Below, one piece after another: positions 29,487 through 39,906 of a stretch of DNA of 64,000 nt. Each line of letters opens with the position of its first letter. Position 1 is the first letter of the stretch. The notes beneath the pieces are model-generated. The model made no database searches, was not told where the DNA came from, and was given only the letters and a program-made list of their open reading frames with translations. This DNA is from Dehalococcoidia bacterium (GTDB taxonomy: Bacteria > Chloroflexota > Dehalococcoidia > UBA2979): NCBI GenBank assembly GCA_963667465.2, contig CAXXDN010000002.1:32001-96000 (forward strand), in the 5' to 3' direction. The translations under genes were made by a program, and so were the position numbers.

Positions 29487-31337
29487 ATGGCAGAAGAGAA
29501 CAAGTGGTTTGAGGGACTCAACACACGGCTGAGTCGCCGCACCGTCCTGAGAGGCGGCGCTATCGGCGGAGCGGGGCTTGCCGCAGCCGCGCTGATCGGC
29601 TGCGGCGACGACGACGAGGAGCCGGCCGCCACGCCGGCCCCGACGCCTGCGCCGACGCAGGCTCCCGCGGCGACCGCGGCGCCGACCACGGCGGCCGCGG
29701 CGGAGCCGGAGGGCCCGCCGGCCTACATCACGCAGGCCGAGGCCGATGGCTCGCTGTACCCGTACAACTACGCGGAGCCGGCCGGGGATCCGAAGCCCGG
29801 TGGCACTCTCAAGGTCGGCGTGTCCTGGGACCTCGGCTCCATGGACACCGCCCTGCAGAAGGCCGGTGGCAGCACGACCACGCCGGACGCAACCTACAAC
29901 AGCCTGCTCGGCTTCAAGCACGGACCGGACACCGGCAGCAAGCTCAGTGTCGAGCTGGAGCCGGAGTTGGCCCAGAGCTGGGAGTGGTCGCCGGACGGCA
30001 CGCAGATCACCTTCAACCTGGCGAGCGGCGTGAGGTTCCAGAATGTGACGCCGCTGAACGGGCGTGACTTCTCGTCGACGGACGTGCTGCAGTGGGCCGA
30101 GCGGCAGTCGACGATCGACGGCGGCGTCAACAAGGGTGCGTTTGGGCTTGTCACGGACATGGCGACCCCGGACGCGAACACCTTCCAGTTCACGCTCTCG
30201 TCTCCCAGCCCGGACTTCCTGGTTCCGTTCGGCACGCACTTCATGAGCATCTACCCGCGCGAGCTGGTGGATCAGGATCTGCTGGCGACGCAGGCGATTG
30301 GCACCGGGCCGCTGATCATCACGGAGATCGAGGAGGGCAGCCACGTCATCCTCGAGAAAAACCCGGACTACTGGGAGAAGAACCTGCACGGCCGCGAGCC
30401 GTGGCTGGACGGCCTGGAGTTCCGGATCATGCGTGACTCGGCGGCGCGCATCGCTGCCTACCGCACCGGCGACCTGGACTACTGCTACAGCTGGCCTTCG
30501 ACGCCGCGGCACGCGGCGGAGCTGCTGGAGACGAACCCGGACTACATCGTCCTGGCCGACCCGGTGGTGCTGAACAGTGGTTCGTGGGGCTTTAACCTGA
30601 CGGACCCGCGGTTCGCCGACCCGCGCGTGCGGCAGGCGCTGCACCTGGGCTTCAACCGCGACCTGGCGATCCAGATCATCTACGACGGCACGGGCACCTG
30701 TCTGCCGACGGCGGCGTGGCCGTTCGTCTACGACGAGACCCCGTCGTACGAGGCGGGGACGCTGGGCCCGTGGTGGACGTACAAGCCGGACGAGGCGCAG
30801 TCGCTGCTGCAGGCGGCGGGCCAGGAGAACCTCGAGTTCGAGGTTCTGACAACGGACCGTTACCTCAGCACCGGCGACGCCGAGCTGATGCAGGAGCAGT
30901 TCAGCGAGCTGGGCATCACGGTCAACTTCAAGTCCGTGGACTACACGGAGTTCAACGCCCAGTGGGTGCCGGGCGAGTACCCGGAGGCTGCGGACGGCTG
31001 GGCGACGCCGTCGAGCACGGGTGCGGCGGACGGCTTCTACTGGGAGCAGGTCCACTCGCAGTCGGGCGACAACCGCTGGTACATCAACGACCCGGAGATC
31101 GACGCCTGGGCGGACGCGCAGCGGATCGACCTGGATCCGGAGAGCCGCGCGGACACGCAGCGCAAGATCTTCGACAAGTTGGTGAACGAGGCGTACCGGC
31201 TCGAGACGATTCACACGTTCTCGCTCACGTCGTACCCGCCATGGCTGCGGTTCGCCCGCTTCAACGGGCCGTACATCAGCTACCACTACTTCTATCGCTT
31301 CGGAGACTCCTTCACGGACATCTGGCTGGACAAGTAG
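29487..31337 (+). CDS. ABC peptide/nickel substrate-binding lipoprotein (family 5), Tat signal
   Basis: SRRTVL, ALIGC lipobox, Pro/Ala linker, GTGP, DPRVRQAL. Confidence 0.93.
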   Translation: MAEENKWFEGLNTRLSRRTVLRGGAIGGAGLAAAALIGCGDDDEEPAATPAPTPAPTQAPAATAAPTTAAAAEPEGPPAYITQAEADGSLYPYNYAEPAGDPKPGGTLKVGVSWDLGSMDTALQKAGGSTTTPDATYNSLLGFKHGPDTGSKLSVELEPELAQSWEWSPDGTQITFNLASGVRFQNVTPLNGRDFSSTDVLQWAERQSTIDGGVNKGAFGLVTDMATPDANTFQFTLSSPSPDFLVPFGTHFMSIYPRELVDQDLLATQAIGTGPLIITEIEEGSHVILEKNPDYWEKNLHGREPWLDGLEFRIMRDSAARIAAYRTGDLDYCYSWPSTPRHAAELLETNPDYIVLADPVVLNSGSWGFNLTDPRFADPRVRQALHLGFNRDLAIQIIYDGTGTCLPTAAWPFVYDETPSYEAGTLGPWWTYKPDEAQSLLQAAGQENLEFEVLTTDRYLSTGDAELMQEQFSELGITVNFKSVDYTEFNAQWVPGEYPEAADGWATPSSTGAADGFYWEQVHSQSGDNRWYINDPEIDAWADAQRIDLDPESRADTQRKIFDKLVNEAYRLETIHTFSLTSYPPWLRFARFNGPYISYHYFYRFGDSFTDIWLDK

Positions 31338-31362
31338 CGGTAACGAAGAAAGGCGCACACAC

Positions 31363-31395
31363 GGGGAGCCGGCCAATTGGCCGGCTCCTCTCTTT
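31363..31395 (+). terminator. Intrinsic terminator/stability hairpin after the SBP gene
   Basis: Perfect palindrome GGAGCCGGCCAATTGGCCGGCTCC followed by TCTCTTT. Confidence 0.75.
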
Positions 31396-31604
31396 GTGGG
31401 GCCGCGCGGGCTCCCTGAGGGTCCATCACGCGCGGGACGGAATCGGGCAACGGGGAGGGCCGTCACGCCGCGATCCGGCACGATTCCCCGATCGGCTTCG
31501 CGGCGTACTATGATTGCCGCGTCGGTCGCCCGGCCCACCGAGGCTTGGAGGGCGTCCGCAGCCGGCCGAACGCCGGCGCCGCGAGTGGGGTGAGAGGGGG
31601 CAGC

Positions 31605-32690
31605 ATGTACCGCTACGTGATTCGCCGCCTGCTCGCCGCCATTCCCACGATCGTCATCATCTCGATTCTGGTTTCGCTACTGATCCGCCTGCAGCCAGGC
31701 GACGTCCTGATGGCCAACCTGGAGGAGGGAGGGAGCTTCACCGAAGAGGGACTCAACCGAGTGCGCTACGAGCTCGGCCTCACGCGCACATGGCCGCACC
31801 AGTATCAGTGCTGGGTGGTTGGCGACTTGCTCAACTGGGCGGCGGGCTCAACGGACCCCGACGCCGTGACATCCGACGGTCTGCCCAAAGATGCCGCGAT
31901 CCTGACCCTCGGGTTCATCGGCGAGAAGCCGCTGCTCGGCGAATGCGACGGCGGCGGTCTGATCCGCGCCGACTTCGGGGTATCGCTCGATAGCAGGCGC
32001 GACATCCTCGAACAGATCGGCAAACGTGCGAGGGTTTCGATCCAGCTCGCCCTGATGGCGATCGTCACCGCCGTCGTGATCGCCCTGCCGCTCGGCATCA
32101 TTGCGGCGGTCAAGCAGGACAGCTGGGTCGACTACGTATCGCGCTTCTTCTCGGTGCTGGGCCTCTCGGTTCCGGACTTCTTCACCGCGACGCTGCTCCT
32201 CTATTTCCTCTCGGTCTGGGTTGGGTGGGCACCCCCATTCGGCTACTTCTCCATCTGGTCCGACACGTGGACGAACCTGCAGGCGTACACCTTCCCCGCG
32301 CTGATTGTCGGTTACCGGCTGTCCGCGATCAGCGCGCGCATGACGCGCTCGGCCATGCTCGAGGTGCTGCGCCAGGACTACGTACGCACCGCCCGGGCGA
32401 AGGGCCTCAACGAGCGCCCCGTCATCCTCAAGCACTCGCTGCGGAACGCGCTCATCCCGGTCGTCACGATCATGGGCACGCAGCTCAGCTTCCTGCTCGG
32501 TGGGATCGTGCTCATCGAGGTCGTGTTCTCACTTCCCGGACTCGGTTCGCTGCTGCTGAACGCCGTCGAGGTGCGTGACTACCCGGTGGTGCAGGGCGTG
32601 GTGGTCCTCACCTCCATCACCTTCATCCTCATGAACCTGCTGGTCGATCTTTCGTACGCGTTGATCGACCCGCGGATCCGCTACAGCTAG
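31605..32690 (+). CDS. ABC peptide transporter permease (DppB/OppB-like)
   Basis: MYRYVIRRLL, DYVRTARAKGL, RDYPVVQG, DPRIRY. Confidence 0.93.
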   Translation: MYRYVIRRLLAAIPTIVIISILVSLLIRLQPGDVLMANLEEGGSFTEEGLNRVRYELGLTRTWPHQYQCWVVGDLLNWAAGSTDPDAVTSDGLPKDAAILTLGFIGEKPLLGECDGGGLIRADFGVSLDSRRDILEQIGKRARVSIQLALMAIVTAVVIALPLGIIAAVKQDSWVDYVSRFFSVLGLSVPDFFTATLLLYFLSVWVGWAPPFGYFSIWSDTWTNLQAYTFPALIVGYRLSAISARMTRSAMLEVLRQDYVRTARAKGLNERPVILKHSLRNALIPVVTIMGTQLSFLLGGIVLIEVVFSLPGLGSLLLNAVEVRDYPVVQGVVVLTSITFILMNLLVDLSYALIDPRIRYS

Positions 32691-32704
32691 GGCAGGAGGC
32701 GACG

Positions 32705-33598
32705 GTGGCCGCGAGCACGACCCGGACCGAGCTTCAGCAGTTCGCTACTCCCGCGCGGAACCCTATCGTCCACACGCTGTGGAACATTGTGCGGACACCC
32801 GTCGGCGCGATCTCACTGGCGATCATCATCGTGCTCGTACTCGTCGCCGCGTTTGGCCCCTGGATTGCCCCCTACAGCTTTACGAAATCATCGATCGACA
32901 CATACCAGGGCCCCAGCACCGCTCACTGGCTGGGCACAGACAATCTTGGCCGCGACACGCTCTCGCGAATCATGCAGGGCGCGCGCGTCTCGATTTATGC
33001 CGGCTTCCTGACGGTCACCTTCGGCACCCTGCTCGGCTCGATCATCGGCCTCGTGAGCGGCTTCGCCGGCGGCACGACCGACCTGGTGATGCAGCGCTTC
33101 GTCGACGCCATCCAGGCGATCCCGGCGCTGATGATGACAATCGCGATCATCGCGGTGATTGGTCCCAGCACCACCAACGCCGTGCTGGCGATCGCCGTCT
33201 TCATCTCCGCCAGCAACTCGCGCGTGGTGAGAGGCGCGGTCTTCTCCGTCAAGGAAAATGTCTATATCGAGGCCGCCGAGGTGGTCGGCGCCTCACCGAT
33301 CCGGCGCATGGTCCGCCACGTGTTACCCAATGTGATGCCGGTCATCCTGATCCTGATCTCCGCCGGCTTCGGCTCCGCGATCCTGATCGAGGGCGCGCTC
33401 AGCTTCCTCGGCCTCGCCACGCAGCTGCCCGATGTCTCATGGGGCATCATCCTGCGCGACGGGCGGATCTTCATGGAGGAGCAGCCCTGGATGGCCTTCG
33501 CGGCCGGCAGCGCCATCGCCCTCGCGGTGCTCGCCTTCAACCTGCTCGGCGACGTCATCCGCGACGTGCTCGACCCGCGCCTGCGAGGCTCGCGCTAA
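32705..33598 (+). CDS. ABC peptide transporter permease (DppC/OppC-like)
   Basis: HWLGTDNLGRD, YIEAA, HVLPN, LDPRLR. Confidence 0.93.
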   Translation: MAASTTRTELQQFATPARNPIVHTLWNIVRTPVGAISLAIIIVLVLVAAFGPWIAPYSFTKSSIDTYQGPSTAHWLGTDNLGRDTLSRIMQGARVSIYAGFLTVTFGTLLGSIIGLVSGFAGGTTDLVMQRFVDAIQAIPALMMTIAIIAVIGPSTTNAVLAIAVFISASNSRVVRGAVFSVKENVYIEAAEVVGASPIRRMVRHVLPNVMPVILILISAGFGSAILIEGALSFLGLATQLPDVSWGIILRDGRIFMEEQPWMAFAAGSAIALAVLAFNLLGDVIRDVLDPRLRGSR

Positions 33599-33605
33599 CC
33601 GCGGC

Positions 33606-34709
33606 TCACGCGACCGCCGCGATCATCCCGTCGCCCGGCAGCGTCCCGCCTGCCTCGCCGATCCGCGCCGTCCAGTAACCGAAGCTGCGCGCCAGCGCCT
33701 CGAGGGCGTCGCGCTGTCCGCCCGCCGCGGCCGGCGAGGCGACGATCAGCGCGCGTCCGAGGTGACGCGCCAGCTCGCCCGGGTGCGCCGTCGCACGCAC
33801 CTCGGCGAAGCCCGCCCGTTCCAGCGCCTCGCGCAGCCATGTCGTGGTCCAACGCCGCAGCTCCACCACCGTGCTGCGCCGCGCGTGCGGAGCGAGCCGC
33901 TCGAGTAGCTCGACACCGAGCGCGGGCGCGCTCGCCAGCAGCGTCTCGCCGTAAGCGCGCCGACCGAGCGCTGCGGCCTCGAGGGCCTGCTGGTGCAGCC
34001 CGGCCGCCTCGCCCCCGGCGGGAAGTTCGAGGGTGTGGCGACGCTCCAGTGGCGGGTCCTGCAGCCGTCGCACGTAGGTGTAGAGGCGGATCGGGCGCGA
34101 GGCGGCGTCGACCCCCTCCCAGAGCAGCACGCTCTCGATCTCCGGCGCGGGAAGCCGCCAATTCTGGTACGAGGCGCGCAGCGCCCCGCCGGGCCGCAGC
34201 ACGCGCCGCAGCTCAGCGAAGACCGCCTCCGGTGCTGCTGCTTCCTCAAGCGATGCCGCCGCCGTCACGAGGTCGACCGAGCCGCCGGCGAGGGGCAGCG
34301 CCGCCGCGTCCGCCGTCGCGAAGCGCGCGTTGGCCAGCCCAAGCCGCGCGGCGTTCGCGCTGCAGGTCCGCGCGCGCCGCGGCGCCGGATCGACGCCCAG
34401 TACGGCGGCGTCCGGACGGGCGGCGGCCAGCGGCAGTGAGGGCCAGCCGTCGCCGGGGCCGATGTCGAGCACACGCAGCGGGTGCGGCGATCGGGCGGGC
34501 GGAGCGTGCGCCACGTAGTCGGCGATCCGGGCTGCGTCGGCCCAGTGCTGCTCGCGGCGCGGGTCGTAGGGGATATCGACGAAGGGGAGCTGGCCGTCGC
34601 GCTGGCGCTCCATGCGCTCGTAGAGCCCATGGGCGGAATCGAGCGGCTCGGGTGGCGCATTCGCCAGCAGCCAGCGCTCGATTGGCGAGGGGGACCCGGC
34701 AGACGGCAT
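33606..34709 (-). CDS. Class I SAM-dependent methyltransferase
   Basis: VLDIGPGDG, DAAALPL, RVLRPGG. Confidence 0.85.
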   Translation of the reverse strand: MPSAGSPSPIERWLLANAPPEPLDSAHGLYERMERQRDGQLPFVDIPYDPRREQHWADAARIADYVAHAPPARSPHPLRVLDIGPGDGWPSLPLAAARPDAAVLGVDPAPRRARTCSANAARLGLANARFATADAAALPLAGGSVDLVTAAASLEEAAAPEAVFAELRRVLRPGGALRASYQNWRLPAPEIESVLLWEGVDAASRPIRLYTYVRRLQDPPLERRHTLELPAGGEAAGLHQQALEAAALGRRAYGETLLASAPALGVELLERLAPHARRSTVVELRRWTTTWLREALERAGFAEVRATAHPGELARHLGRALIVASPAAAGGQRDALEALARSFGYWTARIGEAGGTLPGDGMIAAVA

Positions 34710-34748
34710 CGGCGCGGCCCTCCGCCTCGATCGGCTCGGGCGCCGTGG

Positions 34749-34862
34749 CTAGAAGAGCCCGCCGGTGCGGATCGTGCGCTCGATCGCATAGAGGACGAGC
34801 AGGCCCACGGCGATGGCGATCCACTTCCAGTGGAAGCGGCCGGGATCCTCGAGCAGGTTCAT
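34749..34862 (-). CDS. Small single-pass membrane protein (37 aa)
   Basis: MNLLEDPGRFHWKWIAIAVGLLVLYAIERTIRTGGLF; RBS GGAG upstream. Confidence 0.55.
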   Translation of the reverse strand: MNLLEDPGRFHWKWIAIAVGLLVLYAIERTIRTGGLF

Positions 34863-35170
34863 CGAAGGCGTCTCCAGCTCCGGCCGCGGTCGTCGACAGA
34901 CCGCGTGGGGGCGAGCGTACGGCCTGCGCGAGCGGGCGTCACGCCCGGTGGGGGCAATGCCACGACGGGCTGGCCGCTGCGGACAGTCCCGGCGTTGCCG
35001 ATGCAGCAGGCCGGACGCGCTGTCTGCGTTCGGGGCGCGCGCGTTGCCAGCCATGCTGGTACGCTCTCACGACGTTAGGTGTGGCGAATATCGAGCCGTT
35101 GCCCGTACGATGTTCAGCGGGCAGGCCCGACAGCACGTCCGGCGCACCGCAGCAGGGCGCGGGGGTAACG

Positions 35171-36808
35171 ATGACAGCGCGGCTGATCGCACTGCCGGCT
35201 CGCCGTGCGCCGCTGATCGGCCACGGCTGGCCCCCGGCGGTGATCCTGCTGCCCGGCTTGCTGGTCGGCGCACTCTGCGCCATCCCACCGATCTACCTGC
35301 TGGTCCGCGCCGGACAGTCGCCCGAGGCCGCCTGGGAAGCCGTCGCCACGAGTTCGACGCTCGGCCTCGCGCTGCGCACGGCTGCCTTCGCTGCGGGCGC
35401 GACCGCGATCGCGACAGCGATCGCGCTGCCGCTCGCCTGGCTGACGACTCGTACGGATCTGCCCGGGAGGCGCGTGCTGGGGATTCTCGCCGCACTGCCG
35501 CTCGCCGTGCCGTCGTACATCGCCGCGATGCTGGCGGTCTCCGCCTTCGGGCCGACCGGGCTGCTGCAGGACATGCTCGCACCGCTCGGCGTGGAGCGGC
35601 TGCCCTCGATCTACGGCTACCCGGGCGCGGTGCTGGTGCTCGCGCTGTTCACCTACCCGTACCTGCTGCTGACGCTGCGCCCGGCGCTGCTCGGCCTCGA
35701 CCCGCGCCTCGAGGAGACTTCGCGCGGCCTCGGCTCCGGGCGCTGGACCACGTTCCGCCGGGTGGTGCTGCCGCAATTGCGGCCCTCGCTTGCGGCGGGC
35801 GGGCTGCTCGTTGCGCTGTACGCGATCTCGGACTTCGGGGCGGTGGCGCTGCTGCGCTACGACACGCTGACGAGGGCGCTGTTCGTGCGCTACGAGTCCG
35901 GCTTCGACTTCTCGGGCGCCTCGGCGCTCGCGCTCGTGCTGATCGGCATCGCCTTCACGCTCATCGCGATCGAGCTGTGGGCGCGCGGCGAGCGCCGCTA
36001 CCACAGCGCGCGAGGCGGCTCGCGGCCGGCCTCCGTCGCGCCGCTCGGCCGCTGGCGCTGGCCGGCGTTCGGGCTGGTGCTGGCGCTGCTGGCGTTGGCG
36101 CTGGTCCTGCCGCTTGCGCTGCTCGGCTTCTGGCTTGTGCGCGGGCTGGCGGCCGGGGAGGCGCTGCACGGCGTGGGCGGCGCGGTGCTGGACTCGCTGA
36201 CGGCGGCCGGTCTCGCCGCGCTGGTCGCGGCTGCGGCCGCGATCCCCGTCGCCGTGCTCTCGGCGCGCCATCGCCGCTTCGCGCTGACGCAACCGATCGA
36301 GCTGCTGAGCCACAGCGGCTTCGCGCTGCCGGGGCTGGTCGTCGCGCTTGCGCTTGTCTTCGCGGCGCTGCACAGCGAGTCCATCGCCGGCGGGCTGTTC
36401 GGCGGGTGGCTGTACCAGTCGCCGGGGTTGCTGGTCGCCGCCTACGCGCTGCTCTTCCTGCCGCAGGCGCTCGGCGCTACGCGGGCCTCGCTGCTGCAGA
36501 TCAGCCCCTCGATGGAGGAAGCGGCGAGCGGACTGGGCCGGCGTCCCTGGCAGGTGCTGGGCTCGATCACGCTGCCGCTCGCCAGCCGCGGCATCGCCGT
36601 CGGCATGGCGCTCGTCTTCCTCACCACGATGAAGGAACTGCCCGCGACCCTGATCCTCAGCCCGATCGGCTTCCAGCCGCTGGCGGCGCAGGTCTGGGGC
36701 GCCGCCAGCGAGGCGTTCTTCGCTCGCGCCGCGCTCCCGGCGCTGCTGCTGGTGCTGCTCTCCGCCCTCCCGCTCGCACTGCTCACCATCTGGAGGCGCG
36801 ATGCCTGA
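35171..36808 (+). CDS. Fe(III) ABC transporter permease (FbpB-like)
   Basis: Two EAA loops (LEETSRGLG, MEEAASGLG), MKELPATLIL. Confidence 0.92.
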   Translation: MTARLIALPARRAPLIGHGWPPAVILLPGLLVGALCAIPPIYLLVRAGQSPEAAWEAVATSSTLGLALRTAAFAAGATAIATAIALPLAWLTTRTDLPGRRVLGILAALPLAVPSYIAAMLAVSAFGPTGLLQDMLAPLGVERLPSIYGYPGAVLVLALFTYPYLLLTLRPALLGLDPRLEETSRGLGSGRWTTFRRVVLPQLRPSLAAGGLLVALYAISDFGAVALLRYDTLTRALFVRYESGFDFSGASALALVLIGIAFTLIAIELWARGERRYHSARGGSRPASVAPLGRWRWPAFGLVLALLALALVLPLALLGFWLVRGLAAGEALHGVGGAVLDSLTAAGLAALVAAAAAIPVAVLSARHRRFALTQPIELLSHSGFALPGLVVALALVFAALHSESIAGGLFGGWLYQSPGLLVAAYALLFLPQALGATRASLLQISPSMEEAASGLGRRPWQVLGSITLPLASRGIAVGMALVFLTTMKELPATLILSPIGFQPLAAQVWGAASEAFFARAALPALLLVLLSALPLALLTIWRRDA

Positions 36809-37892
36809 GCGCGCACCCACCGCCGCGCACGAGGCGCACGCGGTACCCGGGGAGGTACCCGGGCCGCCCGCACTGCGCGCGCGCGGCCTCGTACGCAGCT
36901 TCGACGGCGCGCGGGCGCTCGACGGGCTGGACCTCGACGTCGCAGCCGGCGAGCTCTGCGTCATCCTCGGCGCGAGCGGCTCCGGCAAGACGACCGCGCT
37001 GCGCCTGATCGCCGGCTTCGAGCGCCCCGACGAGGGCGCGATCGAGCTGTTCGGCGAGCGCGTGGCCGGCGCGGGCGCGTTTGTGGCTCCCGAGCGCCGC
37101 GGCGTGGGCATGGTGTTCCAGGACTACGCGCTGTTCCCGCACCTCTCGGTGGAGGACAACGTCGCCTACGGCCTCCCGCGCGGCGCGGACCGCGCGACGC
37201 GCGTGCGCGAGGTGCTGGAGCTGACCGGCCTCGGCGGCCTGGACAGGCGCGCCGTGCATGAGCTGTCCGGCGGCGAACAGCAACGCACCGCACTGGCGAG
37301 GGCGCTCGCGCCGCAGCCGCGGCTGCTGCTGCTCGACGAACCGTTCTCCAACCTCGACCCCTCGCTGCGCGCGCGGGTACGCGGCGAGCTGCGCGAAATC
37401 CTGCGCCGCGCGGGCACGACGACGATCCTCGTCACGCACGACCAGGAGGAGGCGCTCTCGATCGCCGGCCGTGTCGCCTTCCTCTGGGAGGGGCGCGTTG
37501 AGCAGTACGGCACGCCGCGGGAAATCTACCTTGAGCCGGGCACGCTGCGCGTCGCGGAGAGCATCGGCGACGCGATCGTGCTGCGGCTGCCCGCCGCGGG
37601 CGGCCTCGTGCGTACCCCGTTCGGCGACTTGCCCGCGCCGCCCGAGGCGAGCCGCTGCGCCGTGGTGATCCGTCCCGAGGACGTGCTGCTGCGTGAGTCC
37701 GGAACGCCCGCCGAGGTCTGCGGCCACGAGTTCTACGGCCACGACCAGATGCTGCACGTGCGCCTGGCCGGCGGCGAGGAGTTGCGCGTCCGCGTCGGGC
37801 CCGGCGAGGAGTTCGCGGGTCTCGATCGCGTCGCCTTGCAGCTGCGACGCTCCCCGCCGGTGTTCGCCGAGTCGCCCGCGGCGACGCGCTGA
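36801..37892 (+). CDS. ABC transporter ATP-binding protein (FbpC-like)
   Basis: GASGSGKT, FQDYALFPHL, LSGGEQQR, LLDEPFSNLD. Confidence 0.93.
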   Translation: MPERAPTAAHEAHAVPGEVPGPPALRARGLVRSFDGARALDGLDLDVAAGELCVILGASGSGKTTALRLIAGFERPDEGAIELFGERVAGAGAFVAPERRGVGMVFQDYALFPHLSVEDNVAYGLPRGADRATRVREVLELTGLGGLDRRAVHELSGGEQQRTALARALAPQPRLLLLDEPFSNLDPSLRARVRGELREILRRAGTTTILVTHDQEEALSIAGRVAFLWEGRVEQYGTPREIYLEPGTLRVAESIGDAIVLRLPAAGGLVRTPFGDLPAPPEASRCAVVIRPEDVLLRESGTPAEVCGHEFYGHDQMLHVRLAGGEELRVRVGPGEEFAGLDRVALQLRRSPPVFAESPAATR

Positions 37893-37935
37893 GCGCTTCG
37901 CCCTCCTGACGGTTCCCGAGCAGGCTCCGAGGCGG

Positions 37936-39516
37936 CTACACGTCTCCGCGCAGGCTGGCGAGCAGCACCTTGCGCTGGACCTTGCCGTTGCGCGTGCGAG
38001 GAAGCTCGTCGACGAGGCGGTACTCGTGTGGCTGCTTGTAGCTCGCCAGCTTCGTCTCGGCGTGGGCGCGGAGCGTGTCCTCCTCGACCCGCACGCCGTC
38101 CTGCGGCACCACGCAGGCGGTCACCAGCGTCTTCGTCGGGTCGATCGGCACGCCGACGACGGCGACCTCGGAGACGCCGGGGCAGGACTCGATCGCCGCC
38201 TCGATCTCGACCGGGGAGAGACGGAAGCCGAACGACTTGATCACATCGTCGGAGCGGCCGTGGAACCAGATGTAGCCGTCCTCGTCGAGCGCCGCGAGGT
38301 CGCCGCCGGTGAACCACTCGCCGCGGTAGACCGTGGCTTCTTCGTCCGGCCGCCGCCAGTAGCCGAGCATCAGCCCGGGGTCCGTGCGGTGGACGGCGAG
38401 TAGCCCGACTTCGCCGGGCGGCAGCGGCTGGTCGGCGCCCGGCGCGGCGCCGTCCTCGGGCAGGATCACGACGCGGCGTCCGGGCTGCGGCTGCCCCGGC
38501 GAGCCTGGTCGCACGGGGGTGGCCGGGCCCGAGGAGATGTAGGTGCTGACCTCGGTCATGCCGAGCGCCTCGAACATCTCCGTGCCGACCCTTGCCGCCC
38601 ACTCGTCGGCGAGCGCGGGCAGCAGCGGCTCGGCGGCGCAGAGGCAGTGACGCAGCGAGGAGAGATTGGTCTCCTCGGGCGCTCCGTACTTGAGCAGCTG
38701 GCGGTAGACGGTGGGGACGGCGGTGAAGACGTTGACGCCGTGCCCGGCGATCAGGCGTGACCAGATCGCGGGGTCGGGCGGGCCGCCGTAGAGCATCGCG
38801 TGCCCACCGACCGCCCAGACGTCCATCAGCCCGACGCCGAGGGTGTAGGACCAGTTCAGCGTGCCTGCGTGCAGCGCGACATCGCCCGCCTCGAAGCCCT
38901 CCCACGCGCCCCACATCAGCGCGCGCCCGTAGAGCGTGCGCTGGGCGTGCAGGACGCCCTTCGGGCTGGCCTGCGTCCCCGAGGTGTAGATCAGGAACGC
39001 CGGGTCCTCGGCCTGGGTCTGTGGCAGCTCCGCGTCGCCATCGAGGCTGTCGAGGTCGGCCGCGTCGATCCGGAGGCCTTCGAAGCCGGGCAACGGCAGG
39101 TCGGCGGAGGTGACGGCTGCGCGCGGCTCGGCGTCGGCGCAGAGGAAGGCGGCCTCGGCGGGAGTGAGCTGCGGCGAGGCCGGGATCGGCGCCAGCCCGG
39201 CGGCGTTCGCGCCGAAGAAGGCGAAGGCGTAGTCCGGCGAGTGCGGCGTGCGCACCAGCACGCGGTCGCCCGGCTTGAGACCGCGCGCCAGCAACCCGCG
39301 CCCGATCCGCGCGACCCGCGCCCACGCCTCGGCGTAGGTCCAGCGCTCCGTGCGGTCGCCGTAGAGGAAGCTGAACGCGGGCTCGTTGGCGAACGCCGGA
39401 TCGAGCGCGCGCTGCTCGAGGCAGGCGCGCGCGATGTTGAGTGGCCCCTCGACGGGCGCGCGCACGACCGTGCCGGGCGCGATCACGCCGGGCTCCGCGG
39501 GCTCCTCGTGCGTCAC
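37936..39516 (-). CDS. Acyl-CoA synthetase (AMP-binding)
   Basis: YTSGTQASPKG, GMTE, GRSDD, RNGKV. Confidence 0.92.
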   Translation of the reverse strand: MTHEEPAEPGVIAPGTVVRAPVEGPLNIARACLEQRALDPAFANEPAFSFLYGDRTERWTYAEAWARVARIGRGLLARGLKPGDRVLVRTPHSPDYAFAFFGANAAGLAPIPASPQLTPAEAAFLCADAEPRAAVTSADLPLPGFEGLRIDAADLDSLDGDAELPQTQAEDPAFLIYTSGTQASPKGVLHAQRTLYGRALMWGAWEGFEAGDVALHAGTLNWSYTLGVGLMDVWAVGGHAMLYGGPPDPAIWSRLIAGHGVNVFTAVPTVYRQLLKYGAPEETNLSSLRHCLCAAEPLLPALADEWAARVGTEMFEALGMTEVSTYISSGPATPVRPGSPGQPQPGRRVVILPEDGAAPGADQPLPPGEVGLLAVHRTDPGLMLGYWRRPDEEATVYRGEWFTGGDLAALDEDGYIWFHGRSDDVIKSFGFRLSPVEIEAAIESCPGVSEVAVVGVPIDPTKTLVTACVVPQDGVRVEEDTLRAHAETKLASYKQPHEYRLVDELPRTRNGKVQRKVLLASLRGDV

Positions 39517-39851
39517 GGGGCCTCCTCGACCAGCGCCGACATCGAGCCCTGCGAGGTGGGGATGCGCGGGTCCGCGCCGTAGCCGTGGATCTTCTCCTGG
39601 TTGCGCGTCACCTGCTCATGCCCCGCTGTCTCCACGATCACCCGCCCCTCCGTATCGACGATGCGGGCGAGGGCGAACGCCTTCTCTTTCGCGTATCCGA
39701 AGATGCGCCCCAGCATCTCGATGACGTAGGCGTAGCTGTGGTAGTCGTCATCGAGCAGCACCAGGTGGTAGCGGGGCGCGAGTTGCTGCCCGGCGTCCGG
39801 CGTCGCGATCTCCGCCGGTGCGGTGGGGGTGGTCGTCTCGGAGGCGGTCAC
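39513..39851 (-). CDS. clpS: ClpS adaptor family protein
   Basis: YHLVLLDDDYHSYAYVIEML, VDTEGRVIV. Confidence 0.88.
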   Translation of the reverse strand: MTASETTTPTAPAEIATPDAGQQLAPRYHLVLLDDDYHSYAYVIEMLGRIFGYAKEKAFALARIVDTEGRVIVETAGHEQVTRNQEKIHGYGADPRIPTSQGSMSALVEEAP

Positions 39852-39906
39852 GCGCCCATTGTCCGCCCTCGCCGCCTCGCGTCAACGGCGCGGCGCCGCC
39901 AATCGG

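Noticed and set aside
33839-35170. Long N-terminal extension of the 989-aa ORF, and many other long Arg/Ala/Pro-rich ORFs (e.g. 16343-18721, 23900-26269, 29352-31538)
   Set aside because: Shadow frames of high-GC genes that overlap well-supported CDSs and contain no domain motifs
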